64,000 bases of DNA, taken from NCBI GenBank assembly GCA_051294905.1, contig CM119371.1, forward strand, positions 14,696,001 to 14,760,000, read 5' to 3'. Positions 1 through 11,050 of this stretch are shown in pieces. The first letter of the stretch is position 1, and each line of letters opens with the position of its first letter. The notes under the pieces were generated by a model, which ran no database searches, had not been told where the DNA came from, and was given only the letters and a program-made list of their open reading frames with translations. Source of the DNA: Botryllus schlosseri. Its lineage: Eukaryota. A program made the translations under genes and the position numbers.

Positions 1-349
1 ATATGTGAATGCATCTATTTAATACGTTATTGTAATGCATTAGCCTGTTTCTAGGCCACGGTTGGAGTTGGGCGGGGTTTTAGGATGGTACTTGACTATA
101 CACCATGTCGTTTCGATTACCTCCATTCTTGTACCTGTATCACATTTTTAATGGAATTTCGGATCTACAAAAATCTTTTAACGGAATGATGAGTTGGTGT
201 CATTTAAATTTTGAAATCCGTCAATAAAGATGCGTGAATTTTGAAGCACTACTTGACCGTTCTTGTTGTTGTTGGATGCAATTCGTTCAGCGATTTTAAC
301 TCAATGTTTTTGTTCGCTAGGCTGTAATATATATCCATTGTATTTGGCT

Positions 350-1966
350 ATGACAAGATCTATTTATTTCGATCCGAGACAGCATGCAACATCGCAGCAG
401 ATGAAACAAGACGGTGTTTGTCATGATTTCATAATTCAAGTCGAGAATGATGAATATCACACTCATCAAAAGACATTGTCTGATGCTTCGGATTATTTCA
501 GAGCGATGTTCAGGCACGATACAAAAGAGAGTCGGGAAAGGCGGGTGATTTTGAAAGGTGTGGATTCTGAATGTGTACAAAACTGCATCAAATTCATATA
601 TGACGGGGAATATGAGATTCCGAAAGGGAAGATGTACGACTTTCTCCACGTCGCAGTCATGATGCTGCTAGATGACGTTAAAAAGTCACTGTGTGACGTT
701 ATGACTGAGTCATTGACTGTCAGTAATTACGTCTCCACGAAGCATGTAGCCGACATGTATGGGCTTGATGACCTGTCAGCAAAATGCAGATCTTACTTCC
801 GACGAAATGTCTCGGAAATCTTCAACCAACCGGGATTTGAAAACACCGAGATGTCCGACCTTCGTGACCTTTTGAAGGCGAAAGAATCAGGAATATGTGA
901 GGAGGACAAGTTGACCTTCACGCTCATGTGGATTGAGAATAATCCACGAATGAAATATATGCTGCGTCAATGTATTGATATGGTCAATTTGGATCATGTC
1001 TCTACGGCATTTCTGCAAAATCTATTAAATACCCATCCGATCATCAGCAACGACATTGAGTTATACAAGCTGATTAATGGCCATCTTATGTCCCATCACA
1101 TGACGATGGTACGCAGAAATGAGTACTTTAACAATACCAAAAGAATGATACTGTTTGACTATGACGCGAATTGCATCCGATCCTTGCATTCGATAACAGG
1201 AAAAATCTCAAAGTTCCATGCTGCTAAATTTCGGCATTTGGGATATTTTTCCGCAATATTACTTGAGTCCCACATTTACATTGTGTGTAAGGATAAATCC
1301 GTACGCCGAATCAATTTTCGAGACAATGATTCAAAATGGGAGAGAATGAAAGATATGATATCCGGACATGGGATATGGCCCCCCTCTGTTGCTTTGCTGG
1401 GGTCGATATTTGTTATTGGAGGTAGCATGTCAGGATCGTCTAATATTGTTGATGGATTCAACCCGTCTTCAAACCGATGGTTTCAACTAAAGAACAAACC
1501 CACAGCGGTTTCCGATCCGAGTCTCGTATCACTGAATGGCTCAGTGTATTGTGTCGGAGGTAAAGGACCAGATTGCGTCGCAACTTCCTCATTCTGCAAA
1601 TTTACTCCGTCCTCGTCAGAGTGGGTTGACCTCAAGCCAATGAGATATCCGAAGTGGGGCAGTGGTGTTGTCGCGTTTGGTCAGAAGATATTCGCGATCG
1701 GTGGCTGCACGTTGCGGAAGAAATTGACAAATGTAGAGTGTTATGATGTCACGTCGTCTCAGTGGACTTCACTGTCGCATATGAATAATTGTCATGGTTG
1801 GAATAGTGCCTTGCGCGTTGGCAGTTGGATATTTTCCGTACCAGTGTTTAAGTCTATGTCTTCTGATCCAATTGAGAAGTATGATTTACTAAACGACATA
1901 TGGCAGAGTAACGAATCACGTGTAGATCAATGTAGAGCTTACGCAGCCATTCTCGTATCGCAGTAG
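350..1966 (+). CDS. Kelch-like protein (BTB-BACK-Kelch), single coding exon, paralogue 1 (most divergent)
   Basis: BTB motifs (DFIIQVE..YHTHQKTLSDASDYFRAMF, FIYDGE), BACK region and Kelch GG..Y/W repeats. The first ATG at 350 lines up with the paralogue starts; acceptor-like tttttgttcgctAG ends at 320. The ORF-track start at 263 is a TTG. Confidence 0.93.
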   Translation: MTRSIYFDPRQHATSQQMKQDGVCHDFIIQVENDEYHTHQKTLSDASDYFRAMFRHDTKESRERRVILKGVDSECVQNCIKFIYDGEYEIPKGKMYDFLHVAVMMLLDDVKKSLCDVMTESLTVSNYVSTKHVADMYGLDDLSAKCRSYFRRNVSEIFNQPGFENTEMSDLRDLLKAKESGICEEDKLTFTLMWIENNPRMKYMLRQCIDMVNLDHVSTAFLQNLLNTHPIISNDIELYKLINGHLMSHHMTMVRRNEYFNNTKRMILFDYDANCIRSLHSITGKISKFHAAKFRHLGYFSAILLESHIYIVCKDKSVRRINFRDNDSKWERMKDMISGHGIWPPSVALLGSIFVIGGSMSGSSNIVDGFNPSSNRWFQLKNKPTAVSDPSLVSLNGSVYCVGGKGPDCVATSSFCKFTPSSSEWVDLKPMRYPKWGSGVVAFGQKIFAIGGCTLRKKLTNVECYDVTSSQWTSLSHMNNCHGWNSALRVGSWIFSVPVFKSMSSDPIEKYDLLNDIWQSNESRVDQCRAYAAILVSQ

Positions 1967-2760
1967 ACTTTGCAGTTCTTTAATAACATCAACAAATATT
2001 GATGATGCATTTTAGTTCTTTCTTGTTATTTTGTGAGGTTAACAGTCTATGATCATGATCACCATACCCGTATACTAGTGCTTAGTGTTACTAGCCTTCG
2101 GTAAATCGTACCTGTCTGCTGTCTGTGTATTCAATTATAGCCTCCCTAACCAATTTTTAAGGAAATTATGACTTTGTTATCACGTTCATTATTTCATACC
2201 ATTGTATGCATAATTTTTAATCGTAATCCTGCTATTGGTCTTATTGTTTCTCTGGTTGATTATACTACCATATCTATGCCTGCTACTGCAAGACAAAGAT
2301 GGCTTTCGTTCTGATTCTCCATTCCGGTATGTTAACTGGTATTAATAAAGCGACAATAGCTACGCAAACATTCAATGTCGTGATAACGGAATATATTGCC
2401 GGGTAGATAGGTGATTAAATTAAACACCAAAAGTGGCTTCGAACCCAGGTTCTGTCTTATCTTCTATACGTCGAAGGTTTATTATTGGAGCTTCTCATCA
2501 CTGACCTTCGTGCTAATGCGGTGTATATACAAAAGCCGAGAGTGGAGGTGAACCGCGCCAAAATATTCGACAGCAAAAATGAAGTTATTTACCCGTGCAT
2601 CCGAGAGAGCTGAGACCTTTAGTGCAGTACTTCCCAACCTTCTTCAGTTCGCGGCCCACTTTTCATCCAAATTTCATAGTGCGACCCACCCACCCACCTT
2701 TTATATTCTCTGCTTTAATTTCCATTCAGTGTGCATGCCTCTTCTCTACTTCGCCTAGGC

Positions 2761-2860
2761 CAGGGACGGGCAACATACGGCCCGCGGGCCGGATCTGGCC
2801 CGCGGACAGTTTTCCGTCTTAGATGATAATGTGGCTTGCGGCCCCAGTATTCCGAGATTC
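2761..2860. mobile_element. hAT/Charlie-type element end abutting the truncated G-alpha-q copy (a second hAT-like end starts at 2625)
   Basis: CAGGGACGGGCAAC followed by CGGCCCGCGGGCCGGATCTGGCCCGCG, the same terminal motif as the 37720 element. Confidence 0.7.
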
Positions 2861-2864
2861 CCCA

Positions 2865-3436
2865 CTACTTGATTACATGTATTCCCGTAGTCGGTACTCT
2901 GACACGTAAGATATCTTGCAGCGTCGGTATATAATCAACTGTCCTTATCCTATCAAGATCGTTGAGGTAATATGCGGCTGAGTCTGGCAGTTGATATTCA
3001 CTTCTTCGACCATAGCATTTCTGTATTCCTTGATCATTCCACAACGACTGTATCGCTTCTATGTGGTGAGCGAACTGATCATGTGTTCGCACAGCACGTG
3101 TATCCAGAGCTACCAATACACTTGCATGTGAGATATTGTCTGGGTTCGCGTATCTAATCTCTAGAGTGGACATAGCCTGTATCAATTTTTAATGGCAGTG
3201 TAAATGTCGACATGAACCAAATGTGTAAAGTCACCGCGCTCGGAATCACTGTATCCTTTCCCGTGAATGATGCGCATTTGTTTGACAAAGGTACTTTTCC
3301 CACTTTCTCCGGTGCCCAGCAAAAGTAGTTTGAGTTGTCTTCTGACTTCATATTTCGTCTCCTGTAATTCGTTTTCAATCCTCGAGTTTACTCCCCTACT
3401 ATTATTTTGTTCTTCCGTTAGACAGCATTTATTCAT
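2865..3436 (-). pseudogene. Intronless G-protein alpha subunit, Gq class; frameshifted and C-terminally truncated
   Basis: [10 protein letters not shown]..., [76 protein letters not shown] 1-nt deletion at ~3184 (AAT TGA T instead of AAT TTG ATA) shifts the frame. Homology stops just after switch I. Confidence 0.92.
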
Positions 3437-3784
3437 TCTATTCCAGTAAAACAACCAAGCGTATTGATTGGTCACGTTTATATCTGCCACAAGAATGTTT
3501 TAACGATGGGTGTAGTCACTTGAATTGTTAGCCTACGCTGTCTCAACTGCACGATATAACCATTATATGTTGTGATATTGCATCAGGCAACCTTTAATCG
3601 CCAAAGGCGCTAGTCAGAACCTAATAAATTAATATTTAGGCCTAACGCAGGACGCACGCATTTTGGTGACAGTTTATGTTGTCTGACATTCTGCGGTAGC
3701 CTTGTGCTCAATAGTTAGAGTGTTTGTTTCTTTAAGAGTAAAGTCTCAATCATGAATCTCATGATATTTGACTTTGTATTGTAT

Positions 3785-5123
3785 TTAGTTGCAATTATAA
3801 AAATTTGAAATACCAAAACTATTCCACTCACAGGCAGGCGTAACTTTAGATGATTTTAAATCTGAGCTGTACGCAATTTCTCTATGGACGACAATACGGC
3901 AGAAAACGGCTGGGTTGAGCAAAGCGGAAATCAGGAAATTCTCAAATCGGCACAGTATCATTGATAAATAATCTTCATCAAATCCTGTGTGATGTGTTAA
4001 TCGTAACAGTGCAAGATTCAAAATAACGTTTAAGCAATCCCAGCCATTTATTTATTTAGTGAGATATCGCATTATTTTCATTGCCGTCATTTAATATTGC
4101 AGGATCACAATGTAATACGGACTGTAGTACGCGCACGAGAGTATATAACTGCTGTGATACAGTTAACTACAGAATACACTATATACACTAAATTTCTATC
4201 CTATCATTTCTATACCTTGTATATTTGTCGGATTACAATAATTTGTTAAAAAATTGAACACAACTTTTCAGACAGACGGTTAATTCGGCAACACCCTCAT
4301 CAGCATTACTTTTAATCAAGACAAGCACAGCATAGATACGACAGTAAGCTGTCCATGTCCACGTTATGCCTTTCTTTTAGCTTTCTTCGCCATTTGGCTA
4401 TTATATCGATTTCAGCTGTTCTAACCTGAAAGCCAACTCGCTATCGACAGACAGTATACAGATATCGCTTGGAAACAGAACGAGTAATTAATCATCGGCA
4501 CAACAGAAGGTTGATTTCATCTAATGGTAAATAAAGACATAAAGAATATCTGTCTTCAGAAGCACGATAAACGATCTCAGGGCGTAACGCCTGAGTAAAT
4601 ATTCAAGAAATGTAGTGGAAAAAATAAAGTCTCAACTTATCCCGATTCCCGGTTTCTTAAATGTTGACATCGACAAAACACACATTGTTGGTGTTCAATG
4701 ACATGACATTATACATTGGCATTCAAAAGCGCGGACTGTTATTGGATTGTCAATTTCCATAGTTTAAAATAGAAGAGTTCTATTATTCCTTGGCCATGGT
4801 ATATGTAGAACTGTTCCTTGTGTGAAGTCAACTCTCTGTCAACTTACGTCGGAATGCCAGTCTTGGCATGATGGAAATATCTCGCAGCAATGTTCAATAG
4901 ATTGAAACCAAATGAATACAAGATGTCCGTATAACGGATTTTTAGATATATCGACATATCTAAGTGTAACACCATTGCTTATTGAAGTAAGCGAATTGAT
5001 TATATTTAAGTTGCCATACTGAATTGGTTGCAATACCCAGGTTGCAAAGACAGGGCCATCCCGCGCGATCTTCGACCAAGGTTCTATTGCCGGCGATGTT
5101 TCTAAGATAGCACTTAGTGTTTG
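3785..5123 (-). pseudogene. Possible decayed rhodopsin-class 7TM receptor (TM3-TM7 remnants)
   Basis: Ordered motifs in broken frames: NSLTSIS..LRYVDISKNPLY (TM3/ICL2-like), VFIWFQS..P..W (TM4), AYCRIYAV (TM5), SCAYYSPYYIV (TM6), ISALLNPAVF (TM7). An exon from 5123 to ~4848 has tttag/gtaagt ends. Confidence 0.38.
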
Positions 5124-5867
5124 CTAAACAATAAACATATCTGCCTCAGTGTCTTTTTGGCGCCGAAAAGCTGTTCCTATAGTTTCGCAATCGCAGCCAG
5201 CACACACGCATACAGTTAGATTCGGTACATTCTGTACATACAATTCTGTACATCAGGCGTATTTTTACGTCCAGGACTACCGTTCTGGGGGGTGCCTGAT
5301 GAAGTGCTGTTTCGACCCTGACTACACTGGAATATGAAAAAGATAAAAATAATAACACCACTAGGGATTCTTGCGAGAAACTACTTTGTGATCTCTATCA
5401 TAAATATGCCATGTCATCACACATGGGGTAATCGCGTTTAGTAATCGTAATCCATTACGACGATTACAGCATTTTGAAGTAATCGTAATCGCAATAGCTT
5501 ACATTTGAAAAAAAATACGAAGTAATCGTAATCGTAATCGACTGCTTCCCATATCTAATCGATTTATTTGTGAAAGAACAATTACTTTTTATTTGTACAA
5601 GGACCATGACATCTACTGAACATTCGTGAACAAGGAAGAGATATTATGTCATGTTAGTGATATCACAAACGTCTGATTTTCCAACGCCACTGCTCATTAT
5701 TACATCAGAAGTATTAGCTTTGCTCGTCATTGCGTAAGAAGTAACCACACAGTAAAAAGATATTCGATGTACACTGTACATGGTAGTTTGATTATAAGAA
5801 CACCCACCGTGGATGGTGTATATCAGATTATCAATACACTCCAGCCGCCACTGCCTCGCAGCACTAT

Positions 5868-5935
5868 CGGCCTGATGTAAATGAACATAGTAGTCGACAA
5901 ACACCATGAAAACCACAAAAACAAACAAACAATCA
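5868..5935 (+). mobile_element. 3' tail of tRNA-derived SINE family (AAAC tail)
   Basis: ATCGGCCTGATGTAAATGAACATAGTAGTCGACAAACACCATGAA..(AAAC)n; matches copies at 16715, 17777 and 26326. Confidence 0.7.
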
Positions 5936-6520
5936 AACCTCGCAGCAGAAATATGGTCGTCACTTGGTCTATAGTTTCTAATAGTAACTTATGCATAGAT
6001 GTTTGGTTATGCTTAGTTAAACGCAGTTAGTCCGTTGCTGTCTGGCGAGCAGTAGGCTTATGTCGAACGTATACTTACGTACTTACACCGGACAAAGATT
6101 TGAAACTTTGTACTCGTCAGATATAACATTACGGTTTCCACAACGAAGCTTAAAAAATCAACAGCAGCTGATATATATCATAATCGAGCCGTTCTTTCCC
6201 GTTTCTCGTAACGGCAGCTTGCAGTATCTGTATAAAGTTGAAGGCAGAACTTTATGTTCACTTCATCTTATTCTCATATGAATCGACTTGGAACGGGTGC
6301 CAATCGTTATTTCACAATTCTATACTCAACATTTGGACCAGCCACCGTAGCCCTTTGCTTATATACCATGTTAACGTGGGACGTAGCTAGAATCACAACC
6401 AGAGTAGCAATTCGTGCCCCACTCCAAACGTTTGTCTTGGGCCCTAATAGGGTGGTCAATTCTCAAGTTGAAGACTGAATTCCGTCAATAATACAGCCAT
6501 AGGTAATTGCATTATATTAC

Positions 6521-7177
6521 CATAGTGTCCTACAATGGTGTGGACACAAGCAAATCTCACGGCTCACTGCCATTGCTCTGCGTCACACTTTCCATTTGCT
6601 AAAGACAGTTTGACGGTAATTTTTGACCGGCTTGCCGAGCGCGAAATTTGATAAAACGGGTATCAAGCGAAACCTGCCACGGTACTGATTACGACAATAT
6701 AATTTATTTTCTGCTCGTGGCCTTGGAACCCCACAATCAGCCTCGAATGTTGCATTGTAACGGAGTTTGGTATTGTGACGGCACCGTGCCGTCTGGGAGC
6801 AGGTGAGAAGCAGCGCAAACTGCAAGCGTATTGTCCATTGTTGCGCAACCGATTGAGCAATCACACTCTCACTCTCGTGCGCACTTGCTCCTGAGCTGTT
6901 CGTGCCACATGGTTCCGTCACAATACTAAACTCCTTTACAATGCAACATTCTATGTTGATTTTTGGGGGTTCCAGGGCCACGACCAGAATAAAATTTATA
7001 TTTTCGCAATCAGTACCGCGGTAGCTTTCGATTGAAAGAAGTGTAATCAAATTTAATGCTCGGCAAGTCGGTCAAAAATTACCGTCGAATTGCCTTTGAC
7101 CCAATGGAAAGTGTGACGTAGACCAATTTCACTGAGCCGTGAGATGTGCCCGTGTCCACACCATATAGGACACTGTG
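6521..7177. mobile_element. P-superfamily-like MITE (CAYAG termini, 7-bp TSD), nested in the hAT element
   Basis: CATAGTGTCCTA...TAGGACACTGTG with ~200-bp imperfect TIRs; TSD ATATTAC at 6514-6520 and 7178-7184; related to 48807-50914. Confidence 0.85.
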
Positions 7178-9669
7178 ATATTACTATTCATTTTTGATCC
7201 TCTCTCAGCCCTCGATTGTCAGATTTACCTGTAGAGCTGGGGGAAACTAATTCAAAATTATAACATCTGGTATGTTGTTATAATTCATTTATTGTATGTT
7301 GTTAGTTCGTGAGCTCCGGTCTGTTATATAATAAAAAGATATTGTAGTCGCCCAAACGTAGCAGACTAAATGAAAAAATTTCGTGAGACGCACACACGCA
7401 AATTGCCATGCCTTTATTCATATGTGGGTGCCACGGGTGGCATTTGCATTGTGGGCTCAGTTTGGGAGGACAGGACTATGAGTCCCGCCCACCCAGCTCG
7501 GCTATTGACAGGACAAATACACCAAGTTTCAACCAAGTGCTTTCTTTAGTAGCACACTCCGTGGAGTCGCATGTTAGCCAAACTGCATATGTCTTTTGGT
7601 GTGTCGTGACACGTTAATGACTGGCACCGAATTGCGTATTCCCAAAAATTATGCATGTTTTTTTCTTGAGGAGGAGGGTCATGCATTTCCAAATCAAGCT
7701 ATCTAGTGACGAATAAATCGCAAAGCTCAAAGAAAATTTTCAAGTTAATTAAATTTCTCGGAAATACTGTAAAATTTATGATGGTTTACGAAATACTTTT
7801 GAGTCCCCTTCAAGCTCGCTCCCCACCCTATTGTGGAGTTTGGCCGGGCAAGAATGCAAATCGTTATGTGTGATAGATCGTCCCCTATAATGTTTGTCAA
7901 GGAGTTCATTATGACGTAACAAGCAAATGGCGCATCATTTATAACGAAAGTTGTTACCTCATTAGGCCATTTCATCGTAATCCTTATATTGTCTTCCTCT
8001 AAGAGTAGTTCTAGGAAGCAAAATAAATGTAATCGTGAGTAATCGTGATTACTTTTCCGATGCGATCGTAATCGTAATCGACTAGTTCAGGATTTTGCTG
8101 TATTCGTAATCGTAATCGCGTGATTCAGAAGTAATCGTAATCGCAATCTATTACATTCATGAAGTAATCACCCCATGTCTGCATGTCATTGAAATAAATA
8201 TTCACATGAAACTATGTCATAAGTACGACGATTGTTTTTGACTTGTCGAGTCAACATTGCATCGTTAGCTCAAAAATTTGTCCAAATTGTTTGCAAAGCA
8301 AAATATAGCCCGTTGTCAACATAGTAGGAACTAAAAAGTTTACTTGGAATAACTATAGGCCGTGATATAAGCTCATATCTCCAGACATCAGTAAATCTGT
8401 TTTCATTATTTGAGGCCTTCTATTCAATCTAAGAAAATCGACGATAGGGCACAGAAAGTTAAACAAAAGATGTGAGCCATGAATATTAAATTGGGCTTCA
8501 CTCAACTATGATTTTCGTTGTAGAGAAGTCATACTTATTAAAGGATATATAGTGCTTCTTCATTTCATTCACGAGATACAAACATCATATTCTGCATGAA
8601 ATCTAATGATCATAGCGACGATTTGAATGATATTGTAGTGATTATGTGGATGGTTAGTAATTATGCATTTACGCTACGGCGTACAACAAGGAAATATTTA
8701 AAATTAATTAATTAATATTTTACCGACTTTCATGCAGTCGTGAGTAAACTATGCAGTACGGGTTTGCAACGTTATACCAGCATATAGGTGTTTCTACAGT
8801 ATTACGGAGCGTTGATTTTAAGACACGTTTTATATTGGGTCACAACTATGGTGACATATTTTGATAGATAGGCGTTATAGACCTACACTGTTGCGGCTTG
8901 TAGGTTATGGAAATGGCTAAATAGCTTTTGGAAATGAGCATAGTATGATAGACTGATGTAAAGCGCTCATAATGCTTCGCGATAACGCGATTCAGATTAA
9001 TAGATCGATTCTAGTTTTGACGAGTAATGTTTGATAATGCTCTTTCCGAACGACGAAGCGATCTGTCGCGTGCTTCAGATGTTTGGAACTTGCGTGGCAA
9101 TATATGTCGAAGCGAGATACCTCAATTTCCATTCCGTGGTGTGCTTCGCAGATTTGAAGAACTCATATACACTATTTACATTCCTCTTTATTCTCATGCA
9201 ACGGCATTGTGTCCGCCATATGTTCTTGACCGATATTCGAAACACGCGGTTCAAAGGCTTGCCTGGCGGATGTAAATTTGGGTCGCACCTTATCCAAGAC
9301 GCACATTCTAAAATACCATTGTATTTAGGGCTGCATAACAAATGGTTGATCAAAGCACTTCGTTTAAACATGTTCTAACCAAAGGCCTTTAAAAAAATGT
9401 TTTTTTTTCAAGTTGTATAATTATGCCATAATTGTGTAAATACTTCAAAAACATGTTGTATTAGCCTACGGACGACTACCAACTTATATAGCCGACGTAT
9501 ACGATATGGGATGGTTGGAAACCTCAAAATAGTCAGTTGAACAGCTATAGTACGTATATATTTCGTAAAAGGAGCTATATTTACCCTGTATTTTCAATTG
9601 GGTATGTTAATCCACTATGACGTCAGTAGTTATTAGGATCGCTCGTGATGTGCCTGGGGCGCTTATGGC

Positions 9670-10200
9670 CCGCTCGCACGCGGCTGGGAAAGCGGGGGTG
9701 GCGAGCGGCTTTTCAGACCCCCCCTTCCGCTCGCACGCGGCTATTGTGTCTTATGGTCCCTCTCGCACGGTAACTCTTTTCAGTATAGGGATCGCTCGCA
9801 CGCGGCTGGGAAACTCGTGTTGGCATGCGGCTCTTATGTCTTATGGGTGCGTTGGCATGCGGCTATTGTGTCTTGTGGTCGAACGGTAACCCTTTTCAGT
9901 ATAGGGATCGGTCGCAAGCGGCTTCGTTGTTGGCATGTCGTACTTTCGCGCATAGGCGGTGGCGATGATTCGCCTGTCGTGTATTCTTACGGGATCTGTG
10001 GTGACTCGCCATGTGTTCTTATGGGTGCGGGCGCATGCGGCTATTGCGTCTTATGGTGGGGGTGACGAGCGGCTCTTATTTCTTACGACGGGGGTCGTGA
10101 GCGGCTGGGAAACCCGGGGTGGCAAGCGGCTTTTATGTCTTATGGCGGGGGTGGTGAGCGGCTATTGTGTCTTATGGATGTGGTCGTGATTCGTACTTTC
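9670..10200. repeat. GC-rich degenerate tandem repeat, core GCGGCTATTGTGTCTTATGG
   Basis: About ten degenerate copies, interleaved with CGCTCGCACGCGGCT and TTTTCAGTATAGGGATCG blocks. Confidence 0.85.
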
Positions 10201-10236
10201 GGTATAGACTGCGGGTGGTATGTCGTACTTTCAACA

Positions 10237-11050
10237 AAAAAGGTGCGAAATAGTTTGCATAACCCCGCAATCGCTGACAAGGAATCACTTCCAAGGTAAT
10301 ATTTTGGTAATTAGTTTACCGCAGAGCCGGCGTAGACGGTGATTCGAATATCAACAATAACCGCGTTCACAAACTAACACTTCAAAAATGTGTGAAATAG
10401 TTTGCAAAACCCCGCGATCGCTGACAAGATAATGTCTCGGACATAACCATCTTTCGCGACTTGGTGTTACAGGCATATCGATCGCTCACGCGGTGAAATA
10501 TTCGTAAGCATCACTCGCAGAATTATATTTTGGTAATTATTTTGTCACAGAGCCGACGTAGACGGCGATTCCAACACCAACAATAACCGTGCACACAAAC
10601 TAACACTTCAAAAAAGGTGTGAAATATTTGTAAAATGCTACGATCACTCACAAGATAATGTCCCAGACATAGCCATCATTCGTGACTTGATGTTACATAC
10701 ATACCAATCGCTCACAAGGTAATATTTTGATAGTTTGGCACGGAACTTGATTTCACTCGTAAGATTTAACAAGTAACGAATAACAGACCGCCAGTGTCGG
10801 TAACTTGAATAGCGACAAATTGTCACTTATTTCCGCTCTAACCCTAATCCTCTGTGAAGTGAACGCTTATTCAAAAGGGTGTGATATAATTTTAAAATCC
10901 GACGACCACTCACCGGATAATGCTAGCAATCCCTCATGCCCGCTCACAAGGTAATATTTCGGTAATTAGTTTGTCCCAGAACCGTCGCAGGCGGTGATTC
11001 GAAAACCAACAATTTGTCACTCGCCCAAGATCGCTATATGTTTCACACCT
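10237..11050. repeat. Degenerate long-unit repeats
   Basis: AAAAAGGTG(C/T)GAAATAGTTTG..CGCTGACAAG recurs near 10237, 10385, 10612 and 10872; GGTAATATTTTGGTAATTAGTTT..GGCGATTC..CAACAATAACCG also recurs. Confidence 0.75.

Larger units (their letters stand above)
5418..8181. mobile_element. Non-autonomous hAT element with (GTAATC)n subterminal repeats
   Basis: TIR CACACATGGGGT / ACCCCATGTCTG; perfect 8-bp TSD CATGTCAT at 5410-5417 and 8182-8189. Confidence 0.88.

Noticed and set aside
263..349. N-terminal extensions of Kelch ORFs from TTG starts (263, 50945, 61119)
   Set aside because: Artefact of alternative-start ORF calling; the ATGs at 350, 50954 and 61131 match the 44637 start.
4839..5033. 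Leucine-rich repeat (LRYVDISKNPL)
   Set aside because: Single isolated match with no neighbouring LRRs.
6080..6200. TM2-like peptide (YISAAVDFL) for the putative GPCR
   Set aside because: It lies inside the TSD-bounded hAT element 5418-8181 and is likely a chance match.
9027..9378. Overlapping 80-115 aa ORFs, and most other short ORFs in the track
   Set aside because: No recognisable motifs; many are antisense shadows of Kelch genes or lie within transposons.
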